From Rhodocyclaceae bacterium (lineage in GTDB: Bacteria; Pseudomonadota; Gammaproteobacteria; Burkholderiales; Rhodocyclaceae): 64,000 bases of DNA. Location of the stretch: assembly GCA_008080565.1 (NCBI GenBank), contig VIKE01000048.1, forward strand, positions 15,911 to 79,910, read 5' to 3'. The position numbers and the translations under genes are program-made. The notes under the pieces were generated by a model that had not been told where the DNA came from, did no database searches, and saw only the letters and a list, made by a program, of their open reading frames with translations. Below, in pieces: positions 8,689 through 17,805 of this stretch; within the stretch, counting starts at the first letter, position 1; each line of letters starts with the position of its first letter.

Positions 8689-9941
8689 TGAAGCTGCTCC
8701 TCAAGAAGGTTAGGCAAACGATTGAATTCATCGGATGTGAGTCCGGCCAATGAGTTGGCCAACACGAGCGATGAGGCGATTAGCCGTCCAGATGAGACAG
8801 GAGGGCAAGCGGCAATGGCGGACAAAGAGTCTTGTGCAACGACCCTCCCAAGGGGCGTGACCTTGGCTTCATCCACGTGACAGATGACCCATTCTGCAAA
8901 ACGGGAAGATGTCCGTAAGGATTCGGCTGCCTGGTACTTGCGGTTTATCGTAATACTGCGTTTAGCGGCCGCTTTTACACGCCTTCCTTCAGGCGTTTCC
9001 TGGGTGATCTGCGGCAAGTTAGGAATTTCCTCTAGCAACCATTCAGCAACCGAGGATGTGAAAGAAAGATCGTAGGCAAAACGCAGTTCATGCGGCCAAG
9101 GTTTTGCAATGTTTGACCGAATCCATTCCAAACCTGCGATATGTGCTGGATGGCGCCCAAGCCAAGAGACCGGTTCCTGATCATGAGGGACTGATTGCTC
9201 GCGCCAGGTGTCCAAGGCACACTCAAGCGCAGTTAGGCAACGCTCAATTTGTTTCGGAGCAGCCAAAGCGGCCTGGTTTATCAAGGGTGAGAACAGGGAG
9301 CGGAGCCGTGAAAGTTTGTTTTTCAGGGCCTGAAGCTTTCCAGCATCTAACCAGCGCGGGTGATTGTCCCCGGAAGCAGAACACCGAAAGAGAACACTGT
9401 CGCCGAATTGGTTGATGGGATATTCGGTCAGATAGCTGATCTCACACGCGTTCCATAGATCGTCGAACTTGCGATAAACCGCATGGCGATGAGTTACGTG
9501 CGGACCTATTTCTAGCAAGACATTCTGGGCGGCCTCATAGGTCTCAAAAGAGCAAATTGGGTTTACACGACGGTCGTTTTGCTCTTCTTTCTCCGTATTC
9601 CAGGGCAGCGCTAGCAGTTGAAAGTGATCGGAAGGTTTGATTTCATCGATAGCCCTCTCTGCTTCATCTAGGCTAATCGGAAGCATCTTGGCAAGAGTTC
9701 TGGCCTGATAGTCTCGCCGTAGAGAAACGGCGAGAGGCATGCACCTTGAATCGGGAATCGAGGGCATAGAGAGCCAGAACCTTGGCGGATCCCCTGCTAA
9801 ATCTTTTAGGTCCGCCCAGGATTCGTACCCGAAAAGGCGCGAAGCAAACTCCAGGCCTTTTGTGTAGGGGACGTTGAATCGTTTACTGAGGCGTTTGCCG
9901 ATATGACTGACGTGATCAGTCCCATTGAACGTAATGCGCAT
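8685..9941 (-). CDS. hypothetical protein with N-terminal Glyoxalase_8-like helical domain
   Basis: KRLSKRFNVPYTKGLEFASRLFGYESWADL; AGGAG SD before ATG at 9941. Confidence 0.75.
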   Translation of the reverse strand: MRITFNGTDHVSHIGKRLSKRFNVPYTKGLEFASRLFGYESWADLKDLAGDPPRFWLSMPSIPDSRCMPLAVSLRRDYQARTLAKMLPISLDEAERAIDEIKPSDHFQLLALPWNTEKEEQNDRRVNPICSFETYEAAQNVLLEIGPHVTHRHAVYRKFDDLWNACEISYLTEYPINQFGDSVLFRCSASGDNHPRWLDAGKLQALKNKLSRLRSLFSPLINQAALAAPKQIERCLTALECALDTWREQSVPHDQEPVSWLGRHPAHIAGLEWIRSNIAKPWPHELRFAYDLSFTSSVAEWLLEEIPNLPQITQETPEGRRVKAAAKRSITINRKYQAAESLRTSSRFAEWVICHVDEAKVTPLGRVVAQDSLSAIAACPPVSSGRLIASSLVLANSLAGLTSDEFNRLPNLLEEQLQ

Positions 9942-9949
9942 GTTCACTC

Positions 9950-10128
9950 CTGTAGTCGCTTCAGGCACACCCGCAATGCCCAAGCGAACAAGATAAACAT
10001 GTCGCAAGGTCAATTCTGTTTCAGCAAAGATTCCTAGTCGAACGCGTCAAGCTTCCCCGGCGGCGGGTGCGGTAGGACCTCGACTAAAGCCCTTGTCGAT
10101 AATAGCGCTCATCTACCTACTGTAGCAA
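9950..10128 (-). promoter_or_regulatory. promoter TTGCTA-N18-TATTAT plus structured 5' leader
   Basis: Two hairpins with complementary segments CGCACCCGC / GCGGGTGTG. Confidence 0.5.
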
Positions 10129-10129
10129 G

Positions 10130-11416
10130 TTACTTTGCCAATACGCCGGGAAGTTCGTCCCAAGAGGTCGTGTAGCGCGGCGACATGCGGTCCCTTCGCA
10201 TCTGCCACGGATGGTGCTGCTGTTCCGTTGCCAGCCGGATAGCGCCACGGCCCCATTTCTGGTTGATCCCGTCCATCAGCGCCATGAGGTTGCCGGCCTT
10301 GGCATCCGTACTGGATTGGGAATCAAATAGCGACCCTCGGGACATGCCTTCGGGCTGGATGCCGGAGAGCATGACGCCGGCCTTCTTGTAGGCGTAGCCG
10401 CGCCGGTAGAGTCGCTTGACGACCCTCAGCCCCCACTGCACCAGGACGCGCGTGTCGGATGTTGGGTCGGGGAGCGGGAGCGTCATGGACGGGTGGTATT
10501 GCGGCTCCGCGGGCTTGAACGGGTTGGTCTGAAGGAAGACCATCAGCGCCGCTGCCACGCCCTGCTGTTGGCGAAGTTTTTCCGCAGCGCGGCTCATGTA
10601 GGTGGCCACCGCATCGAGGAGATCGTCCAGTTCATAGACCGGCTCCCCGAAAGACCGGCTGCACATGATCTGTTGCTTGTCCGGAGCAACCTCTTTCAGC
10701 GAGAGGCAGGACACACCGTTCAGTTCCCGCACGGTACGCTCCAGGACCACAGAGAAGCGGGAGCGAATCATCGCCGGATCGGCATCACGTAAGTCCCTTA
10801 CGGACGAAATGCCCATTTCCTGGAGGCGCGCGTCGATCTTTCGCCCGACGCCCCACACCTCGCCGACCTTGATGCGGCCGAACAGGTCGTCTAGGTCGAC
10901 CGCGCTCAAGGCCAGGAGGTTGCAGACGCCATCATTCCCAGCGAAGCCATTTTTCGCGCAGTGGTTGGCCAGCTTGGCCATGGTCTTGGTGGGACCAATC
11001 CCAACGCACCCGGGTAGGCCGACCCATTGAAGCACCCGTTCCCGAATCTGGCGCCCGTAATCGGCTAGGTCGAGGTGGCTGAAGCCGTCGAGCGACAGGA
11101 AGCTCTCGTCGATGGAATAGACCTCCAGATTGGGGGTGAACAGCCGCAGCACCTGGACCACCCGATCCGAGAGGTCAGCATAAAGTTCGTAGTTGCTGCT
11201 GAAGGCAACGATCTCATGCTGGCGTGCCAGATCCTGCAGCTTGAACCACGGCGCTCCCATAGGAATGCCCAGCGCCTTCGCCTCGGCGCTTCGGGCCACC
11301 ACGCACCCATCATTGTTTGAAAGGACGACGACCGGGCGGTCCTTCAGTCGCGGGGCGAATAGCTTCTCGCAACTCGCGTAGAAATTGTTGTTGTCGAAGA
11401 TGCCGAAGATGGGCAT
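10130..11416 (-). CDS. umuC: Y-family DNA polymerase V catalytic subunit
   Basis: DNNNFYASCE, VVLSNNDGC, FSSNYELY, YSIDE, SPRYTTSWDEL. Confidence 0.95.
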   Translation of the reverse strand: MPIFGIFDNNNFYASCEKLFAPRLKDRPVVVLSNNDGCVVARSAEAKALGIPMGAPWFKLQDLARQHEIVAFSSNYELYADLSDRVVQVLRLFTPNLEVYSIDESFLSLDGFSHLDLADYGRQIRERVLQWVGLPGCVGIGPTKTMAKLANHCAKNGFAGNDGVCNLLALSAVDLDDLFGRIKVGEVWGVGRKIDARLQEMGISSVRDLRDADPAMIRSRFSVVLERTVRELNGVSCLSLKEVAPDKQQIMCSRSFGEPVYELDDLLDAVATYMSRAAEKLRQQQGVAAALMVFLQTNPFKPAEPQYHPSMTLPLPDPTSDTRVLVQWGLRVVKRLYRRGYAYKKAGVMLSGIQPEGMSRGSLFDSQSSTDAKAGNLMALMDGINQKWGRGAIRLATEQQHHPWQMRRDRMSPRYTTSWDELPGVLAK

Positions 11417-11417
11417 G

Positions 11418-11882
11418 TCACACTGAGAAACGCTTGAATTTCCCGGTGACAACGCCCCAGATGACCAGCTCGGAGCCTTCGTTGATCTTCAGTACCGGGT
11501 AGGCAGGGTTCTCGGCGAGCAGCGCGACCCCTCCATTGCGGACATAGAGGCGTTTCACTAGGCGGTCACCATTCACGAAGGCGACGACGATGTGGCCATG
11601 CCGGAGCTTGATTGATCGGTCCACCACCAGGATGTCCCCATCGAAGATCTCGGCGCCCTGCATGGAGTCGCCCTGGACGGGGAAAAAGAAAGTCGAGACG
11701 GGATTGGGGACCAGGTATTCGTTGATATCGAGCCGCTGTTCCTCGTAATCAGCGGCCGGTGAAGGGAAGCCAGCCGAAATCTTTACTGTGTCGATCGGAA
11801 GATGCAGCGGACGAGCTTGTTGATCCGCCTGGGGATATTCAATCCAGGAATCAACTTTGGCGGGAGGCAACTCGAGAAGCAT
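11418..11882 (-). CDS. umuD: UmuD (S24 autopeptidase)
   Basis: ISAGFPSPAADY, GDSM, VKRL. Confidence 0.93.
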   Translation of the reverse strand: MLLELPPAKVDSWIEYPQADQQARPLHLPIDTVKISAGFPSPAADYEEQRLDINEYLVPNPVSTFFFPVQGDSMQGAEIFDGDILVVDRSIKLRHGHIVVAFVNGDRLVKRLYVRNGGVALLAENPAYPVLKINEGSELVIWGVVTGKFKRFSV

Positions 11883-11991
11883 TGGCGAAGTGGATTACAA
11901 ATAAAGTTACGAAAACATCGAGGACGCGGCCTTGGCGCGGGACCCCGCTGCCCATGTTCGCAACTTTATTTGCAGTTCGCGGAGACCGTTC

Positions 11992-12011
11992 TACTGTAAG
12001 TATAAACAGTA
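11992..12011. promoter_or_regulatory. LexA (SOS) box
   Basis: TACTGTAAGTATAAACAGTA = CTG-N10-CAG upstream of umuD. Confidence 0.85.
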
Positions 12012-12053
12012 TCGCCTGATTGCCCTAATGCGTGCCCCCTCAAGGCAAGTCTG

Positions 12054-13064
12054 TTATTGACTGTCAGGGCCAATGCGGTGGCGGGGTAAGACCAGAACTT
12101 CCACAAACAACAAGATGGACAGCAACACGACGGCACCCAGCCCGGCCGACAAAATCGAAAGTTCGTGAGGTTTCGGATCCATGAAGAGGAGGGCGGCCAT
12201 GGTTGCCGCTACCAAGGCGATCAGCGATTGTTTCACTCGGCGTTTTAAGCGTACCTCTTGGAGGTCCATAAAGGATGCGGAAACAATCTCGACCTTTTTT
12301 TTCTCTTTAGCGCGCACGTCATTCAGGGATATCGGTGGCAAATTGAGGTGCTGGGTGCATTTTCGGCTACGGTAAGCAACAGCCTCACGCGTTGCAATGT
12401 ACGAAGGGAAATCTGCCGGCCACCCATTTGCCGTGCGGACGCCATAGGCATCAAGAACGGGAAGCGCCCACTCTGGATGCCGTAGCGGTTCGATTTCATC
12501 GCGATCCAGGACGGCCCACCATTCATCACCATGGGAGCCCTCAACCCTTACAAGCAAGAGTCGGTCGGCGGCCGGGTAGTCATAAGAGCTTGTGAGCGCC
12601 GTATAGTAGGTTTCGCCCTCTGACCGAAGGAACGCCACGCGGTTCTTGCCCTCGTGAGCCAGGAAAAGCCCAAGAGGAACGATCCAAAAGACCTTGGCAG
12701 GATCGTGAAAATCTTCGCCCTGCTGAAAGTCCTCAATCAGGGTAGATCGCTCTACCGGATCTACGTGCCGAGGCCGCCATCTCCAACTGTTGCCAACGGT
12801 CAGCTCGAGAGGGATTTTTCGGACAACATCAGATTCTGACGGTATCCAGCGCCCGTAAAAAGGGAAAACCTCCCGGAAGAACGAAGTCCCATCTTCGCCA
12901 GGAGAAAGACCATTTTGGGTGACAAGACCAAGATCAAGGTTCGCGTCGTGCGCAAGCCAATCAACGTGGGCCTTCGCTCGAACAAGAGAGGCAACGGCAT
13001 GCCGAAGTTTAGGGGACAGCCCTTCATCAACAGCCATTTCCGGAATTTGGTCAGTACTCTGCAT
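12054..13064 (-). CDS. hypothetical protein with C-terminal TM helices
   Basis: 336-aa ORF with AHEGKNRV motif and two hydrophobic C-terminal segments. Confidence 0.7.
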   Translation of the reverse strand: MQSTDQIPEMAVDEGLSPKLRHAVASLVRAKAHVDWLAHDANLDLGLVTQNGLSPGEDGTSFFREVFPFYGRWIPSESDVVRKIPLELTVGNSWRWRPRHVDPVERSTLIEDFQQGEDFHDPAKVFWIVPLGLFLAHEGKNRVAFLRSEGETYYTALTSSYDYPAADRLLLVRVEGSHGDEWWAVLDRDEIEPLRHPEWALPVLDAYGVRTANGWPADFPSYIATREAVAYRSRKCTQHLNLPPISLNDVRAKEKKKVEIVSASFMDLQEVRLKRRVKQSLIALVAATMAALLFMDPKPHELSILSAGLGAVVLLSILLFVEVLVLPRHRIGPDSQ

Positions 13065-13419
13065 TGGCTATGGTGGCTTCAATCACGCCGGCCAATTCTG
13101 GGCTTTCCCCATCCTCGTAGGCCGGCCATGGGATAATCGGGCGCTGGAGGGTAAAGGCGCCAAGGACTATTCCGGCCGTCGAGCACCTATATCGCGCCAC
13201 AGGCGTGTCCATACGGACAGCCACAGGCCCAGCGCAGGAAATCCCTGCATCCTTCATTAGGCGCTCGTCGAACAGTACGCCGACTTTGTTGTCTGGTGCG
13301 TCGCCCCAAAACATCGTGTTTTGGAGCAAGACCACACCTGCGTATGCTGAAACAACAACCAAATGGACCAGTAATAAACCTTTGAAGGTTGAAACAAAGG
13401 GGTGAGTGTTGTGGGACAT
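13051..13419 (-). CDS. hypothetical membrane protein
   Basis: N-terminal TM helix; overlaps next gene. Confidence 0.65.
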   Translation of the reverse strand: MSHNTHPFVSTFKGLLLVHLVVVSAYAGVVLLQNTMFWGDAPDNKVGVLFDERLMKDAGISCAGPVAVRMDTPVARYRCSTAGIVLGAFTLQRPIIPWPAYEDGESPELAGVIEATIANAEY

Positions 13420-13420
13420 T

Positions 13421-13759
13421 TCAGTGAATCAGGGCCAAGAAATTGTCACGATCACGTACATGGTCTGGCTGTCGAGCCGAGATGACGCGAGCAGCTGCTT
13501 GATGCAAGGGTGAGCGATTTACCACGGCTATAGCGTGATTAAACGCCACATTCAGGACAATATCTGCCGTGCGAGCTTGGCGGCTACCCAGCCAACAAGA
13601 AAAGCGGTGCCACCAGTTTCGATAATTGACATCGATGAGCGCAACTTTGAGCGCAATGAGTGCGCGTTCAACCTCTAGCTCAGGCGATATCGTTTCGGCG
13701 TTACTCTGAATAGCCATTGAATTATTCGAAAAAGGAAATTTTAGCTCTACAGCCCACAT
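13421..13759 (-). CDS. hypothetical protein
   Basis: 112-aa ORF abutting neighbours. Confidence 0.55.
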   Translation of the reverse strand: MWAVELKFPFSNNSMAIQSNAETISPELEVERALIALKVALIDVNYRNWWHRFSCWLGSRQARTADIVLNVAFNHAIAVVNRSPLHQAAARVISARQPDHVRDRDNFLALIH

Positions 13760-14851
13760 TCACGAAGAACCAACTTCTAAGTCTGCGAGCTGGATGAGTA
13801 ACCCGGCAATTCGGCTGGTGCCGCCGTGCCCGTTCGATTGCGCCCGGGCACGCCAAGCATCCCGCATCGACATGATGGAGTCGAAGCCACAGTCGCGTGC
13901 GAATTGGCGCTCGTGTTGTCCGGGGCGGACATTCTCATGCTCATGGTCTTCGGGGAACGGCGCCCACACCCGCAAGTTAAAGTGGTTCAAGGGCTCACCC
14001 GTCGAGTAGGCAAAGTTGCAATCGAAGTGATAGCCGCTGCCGTAGGCCGGATCAAGCCAAAGATCGATGCGGTTCCAGTCGGCAGTCCTGGCGGTGGCCA
14101 CCAGTTGCCTGTCGCGACGTCGGATCAGCCGCACCTCGGTACCGTGCACAATGGCGGCGGGGTCGTAGAGGCGCTTGTACAAGTCCCGAGGGGAGTTCAT
14201 GTGGTCCACGCAGAGCTGCCAGTTGAAGCTGCCGACGGATAAACCCCGAGGATCTTCCAGAATCGCCTGGCGCAGGGCACCTGCACGCAGATTGCGCTCT
14301 TCCTCGTCGCCCAGAGCGATGGTGACTGGGGTGTCTGTAGCCTCCACCAGCTTGCGGCCCTTGTCGGTCAAATGGAGCACGAAGCCGCGCAGTCCGAAGC
14401 TAGGACTATGCGCTGCTTCCAGTGTGCCGTACCCCAAATACTCGATCCATGCGTGATGGAGAAAGCTGGCTCCTCGGTAGATGCCGGGGGCCTCCGCATC
14501 CGTCTGTCCGCAAACCGTTCCGTTCGGGATCGTCAGAGAGCGCAGGATAATCGCCCGGGCGCGCAGGTCCGGAACCTTCACCTGGCGCTTGGTCGGGATG
14601 CCAAGCTTCTGAGCCAGATCAATGCCGAAGGGCGTGGCCACGAACTCGCTGCGTTCCACCTGTCGGGGAGCGATCAGGTTCTGGTTGGCCAAACTGTCGA
14701 TCGTCGCCGGCGGTACGCTCGGAAGGTTCTTGCGTGCGCCCCAAGGATTGCCGAATTTCGTCCGTTTGACCACCGCGTCGCAGATGGCGAACTGCAGGGC
14801 CTGCTTCTGAAGCGAGGAGTATCGGGAGGGGAGGGCAGTATTCATCTTCAT
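13760..14851 (-). CDS. hypothetical protein (possible wHTH repeats)
   Basis: Long ORF; ATPFGIDL and LTDKGRKL wHTH-type endings; start reassigned to MKMNT. Confidence 0.65.
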   Translation of the reverse strand: MKMNTALPSRYSSLQKQALQFAICDAVVKRTKFGNPWGARKNLPSVPPATIDSLANQNLIAPRQVERSEFVATPFGIDLAQKLGIPTKRQVKVPDLRARAIILRSLTIPNGTVCGQTDAEAPGIYRGASFLHHAWIEYLGYGTLEAAHSPSFGLRGFVLHLTDKGRKLVEATDTPVTIALGDEEERNLRAGALRQAILEDPRGLSVGSFNWQLCVDHMNSPRDLYKRLYDPAAIVHGTEVRLIRRRDRQLVATARTADWNRIDLWLDPAYGSGYHFDCNFAYSTGEPLNHFNLRVWAPFPEDHEHENVRPGQHERQFARDCGFDSIMSMRDAWRARAQSNGHGGTSRIAGLLIQLADLEVGSS

Positions 14852-14877
14852 CCTTTGAGCTGATTGCCTATGCACAC

Positions 14878-14910
14878 AGCTTATCGGGTCAGCATGGGTC
14901 TTTCTTGAAA
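14878..14910 (-). promoter_or_regulatory. backbone-motif promoter (AAGAA-N18-TAAGCT)
   Basis: Shared geometry. Confidence 0.5.
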
Positions 14911-14926
14911 ACCTTGTCGAGATCAC

Positions 14927-15673
14927 CTAGGCGAAGAATTCTGCGAGCCAGTCGAGAAATGTGCCGGCCGGGCGCGGCGGCGGCTGCTGCTTTGCCACGA
15001 CGGGGAGGGGCATTGGTCGATTGGCTGTTGCGTAGAGGCGTCGCAGAACAACCTGTAGCTCGCCAGGTAGAAAGGCCATGCTTTCATCGACCAAGGGGGC
15101 GGGAATTCCGTACAGGGCCTCGGCCAGGCCCCCGGCGATGCAAGCGATGGTATCGGTGTCGCCACCGATGTAGATCGCATTCCGAATCGCTTCCTCGAAG
15201 CTAGAGGCCTTCAGCGCACAGGCCAGAGCGACGGGCACAGTATCCTGGCAACTCTCGGAGTAGCTGTCCCGGTCATGGAGGTCCTGACCGGCGCCCCGCC
15301 GCGCTTCCATATGGTTATGGGAGACATCGGTGACCATGGCGGTCAGGCGAGTCACCGCCCGTTCGTCGGCCGCCAAAAGCCCAACCGGGGCGATGCGCAT
15401 GGCCGCTCCGTTGCCGTAGCTGTGCCGGTCGGCCTCATCTGGCATGTAGATCCACCTCCTGAAGCGGCTGCCGTAACCGCGATCGGGGTATCGCTTACAC
15501 CAGGCGCGCAAGGTTTCCTCGACCGGCTGGTTGTTGGTCAAGGCGTCGGCGACCGCAATGGTGCAGTCTGTGAAGGTGGTCTGGTGACGAACGAACAGGA
15601 TGGCATCCTTGGGGTTCTGTGAGCACCCCTCGAAGCGAGAGCCGGCGAGGTCGCCAATGATGCTGCCGAGCAT
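14927..15673 (-). CDS. ADP-ribosylglycohydrolase family protein, apparently internally deleted
   Basis: MLGSIIGDLAGS, SYGNGAAMRIAP, GGDTDTIACIAG; FTD lacks the second Asp and the central segment looks shortened. Confidence 0.8.
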   Translation of the reverse strand: MLGSIIGDLAGSRFEGCSQNPKDAILFVRHQTTFTDCTIAVADALTNNQPVEETLRAWCKRYPDRGYGSRFRRWIYMPDEADRHSYGNGAAMRIAPVGLLAADERAVTRLTAMVTDVSHNHMEARRGAGQDLHDRDSYSESCQDTVPVALACALKASSFEEAIRNAIYIGGDTDTIACIAGGLAEALYGIPAPLVDESMAFLPGELQVVLRRLYATANRPMPLPVVAKQQPPPRPAGTFLDWLAEFFA

Positions 15674-15698
15674 GATCAAGGGTGGAGTTGAGAGGGAG

Positions 15699-16163
15699 TC
15701 AGAGTTTGAACCCAGCAGGGACCAACATCCCCGAAGGACGAAGAAGCCTTCTGGCCCGTACGCTCTCAAGCGCTTCGAGCACCAGAGGGTTGAAGCCATC
15801 AATGCGGCGCTCATTAGCCATCACGCCACCGTAGGACAGGGCGAACCAGGCTATCGCGCCGGAACGGGATCGCCCCATTTCACAATTGATGATCACGCCC
15901 TGGAGGTTTGTTTCTCGATCCACCATGTCCAAGAAGGACGCGATCTTCTCAGCATCACTGCGAGCAAAAACTTTTCCGATGGATCCGGCAGCCAAATTGT
16001 CCGCGTCGAGATCATCGAATTTCAAGCGCAGCACGGGCCCGAACTCGTTCGAAATTTTAGTATCGGAGGAATCGGGGTCGGTGATTGAAATGACGGCGAG
16101 GTGTTTATCGCCCTGCATGGCTTCCATGCGGCTGGAGGAGATGAAATCGACGGTTTTGATCAA
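15699..16163 (-). CDS. Cys-dependent tyrosine/dual-specificity phosphatase-like protein
   Basis: VISITDP, LRLKFDD, NCEMGRSRS; TTG start at 16163 with SD. Confidence 0.8.
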   Translation of the reverse strand: MIKTVDFISSSRMEAMQGDKHLAVISITDPDSSDTKISNEFGPVLRLKFDDLDADNLAAGSIGKVFARSDAEKIASFLDMVDRETNLQGVIINCEMGRSRSGAIAWFALSYGGVMANERRIDGFNPLVLEALESVRARRLLRPSGMLVPAGFKL

Positions 16164-16173
16164 GGGAGTTCCT

Positions 16174-16689
16174 TCACGACGAACGGCGCAAGCCGAATAA
16201 CGAGGCCGCAAGTTGCAGAAGAGATGGTTTTCGGTCCGGGTATCGAGCCAGCACTTCATCGAAGACGTTCGGGTCCTCGAGGAGGCGATACAGGGCATCG
16301 TTGTGGCGGTTGTAGTCTGGAGGGAAAGGTAGTCCGTATAGACCGGATGCGTACTTGGCCACAGCCCCTGACCTGCTAACGCCGGCGCCGCAATGAACGA
16401 TCAGGGAATCAGTGTGTGGCGGAATTCCATCCAGGAAACCACGAATAGCCAGAGCATGCTCCTTGGTAGGAAATCCATGAGAGGACAAGCGCCACATTCG
16501 GCCATAGGAGGCTATAGTACGTTCGTCATACGAGGCGTCTGCAAAAGCAAGTCGGAGGATAGAGCCCCACCCATCCCGAAGAGGGGCTATGTCGCCTGGG
16601 TTGGTGATCGATATGATCGCGGCCGAGGGCGATGGGAGAAGCCGAACGGCTTCTTGTTCGCTATGGAAGGTAACAGAGCGGATGGTCAT
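16174..16689 (-). CDS. Cys-dependent tyrosine/dual-specificity phosphatase-like protein
   Basis: IISITNP, LRLAFAD, HCGAGVSRS. Confidence 0.85.
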   Translation of the reverse strand: MTIRSVTFHSEQEAVRLLPSPSAAIISITNPGDIAPLRDGWGSILRLAFADASYDERTIASYGRMWRLSSHGFPTKEHALAIRGFLDGIPPHTDSLIVHCGAGVSRSGAVAKYASGLYGLPFPPDYNRHNDALYRLLEDPNVFDEVLARYPDRKPSLLQLAASLFGLRRSS

Positions 16690-16952
16690 TACATTGCCTT
16701 GGTTACTCGAATTCCACGAGCAATTTGTTGCGCCCGATGGGATCGTTGCAATACTGTATTGAGATGCCGCCTGGCTTGTTTGATGGAATGGCCATCGTCG
16801 CCCTTGAAGCGCTCAATATCTCCAAGCAATCGGGCGATCTCGCCAAGTTGCCAGTCGAGGGCTTTTAGTTCCTCCTCAACAGAGGAGCGCTCGGGATCGA
16901 GGGCCGCTTGAGCGGCCTTTCGCATCTGGAGAATAAAGGATTCAGGCCGCAC
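16689..16952 (-). CDS. hypothetical coiled-coil protein
   Basis: 87-aa ORF coupled to phosphatase. Confidence 0.55.
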   Translation of the reverse strand: MRPESFILQMRKAAQAALDPERSSVEEELKALDWQLGEIARLLGDIERFKGDDGHSIKQARRHLNTVLQRSHRAQQIARGIRVTKAM

Positions 16953-16975
16953 GGGATGGTCGATATATTGCCAAC

Positions 16976-17728
16976 CTACGCCGCGCGGCAGGCAGACAGA
17001 TCCACATGAGAAATCAACACGACATTCCCCTCAGACGCTACCTTCAACTGGCGGCGCAGCAGTCGGGTGGTCGACCGTTCAAAAACGTTGGCGAACCCAG
17101 GGAAACGTCCGCGGATGACCGCCTGAATCAGCAATGAGAAGAACCAAAGCTCAATCAGAAGCATTATGTACCTGTTAGCAACGTCGCGAATGGCATCCGG
17201 ACCTTGCTGAAGCGTCGTAAGGATCATTCCATAGCTTTCCGGCTCGAAATAGGCCAGCGCAAACATTCCCCAGAATGCCAGCATTGGAATACCCAGGAAG
17301 AAGGTGTCGAAGGACTTGATGGCTACCCAGCCGAGATTCATCACTTGGGCGAAGTAAAGCCGAGGATCGCGCAACACCTGACGCTTGATGGCTGAGTAGT
17401 CCGCATCACTCAGCATGCCAACGTGGACATCGTTGACGTAGGCGTCGTAGGTGGCAGAGGAGGGCGCCTGCAGATCCTGGTCCAGTTTCTTCCAGGCAAG
17501 GTAGGGCCAGGCAAAGCTGGCAAAGAGGGAGACTTTCACGTCATCAAAGCAGAGCAGTTCCCCTGGGGCGTACGTCGTCTTGCCGAAGAAGAGATAGGAA
17601 GCCAGAATCAGTGACAGGAATGGAGAGGACTCGCCAGTCAACAGATAGGCGAGGCATCCAGCCAGCACGACACTGGTGACGAAATCCAGGACCCTCAACC
17701 AGAGGGGGTTTCGAGGTTTGGTATCCAT
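16976..17728 (-). CDS. hypothetical multi-pass membrane protein
   Basis: 250 aa with several hydrophobic segments; SD upstream. Confidence 0.7.
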   Translation of the reverse strand: MDTKPRNPLWLRVLDFVTSVVLAGCLAYLLTGESSPFLSLILASYLFFGKTTYAPGELLCFDDVKVSLFASFAWPYLAWKKLDQDLQAPSSATYDAYVNDVHVGMLSDADYSAIKRQVLRDPRLYFAQVMNLGWVAIKSFDTFFLGIPMLAFWGMFALAYFEPESYGMILTTLQQGPDAIRDVANRYIMLLIELWFFSLLIQAVIRGRFPGFANVFERSTTRLLRRQLKVASEGNVVLISHVDLSACRAA

Positions 17729-17805
17729 ATGTGTTCCTAAAGAGAATTGGCCATGACCCGGGAGGGATCATGGCCACTGACAGCGACAGCGACAGCGAAG
17801 AGGGA

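Noticed and set aside
10015-10060. Resemblance to the tmRNA 5' end (GGGG..TTCGAC..GAAAC on -)
   Set aside because: No tag reading frame or tRNA-like 3' end; better explained as a leader
17779-17798. GACAGC x3 tandem repeat
   Set aside because: Too short and intergenic; no evidence of phase variation
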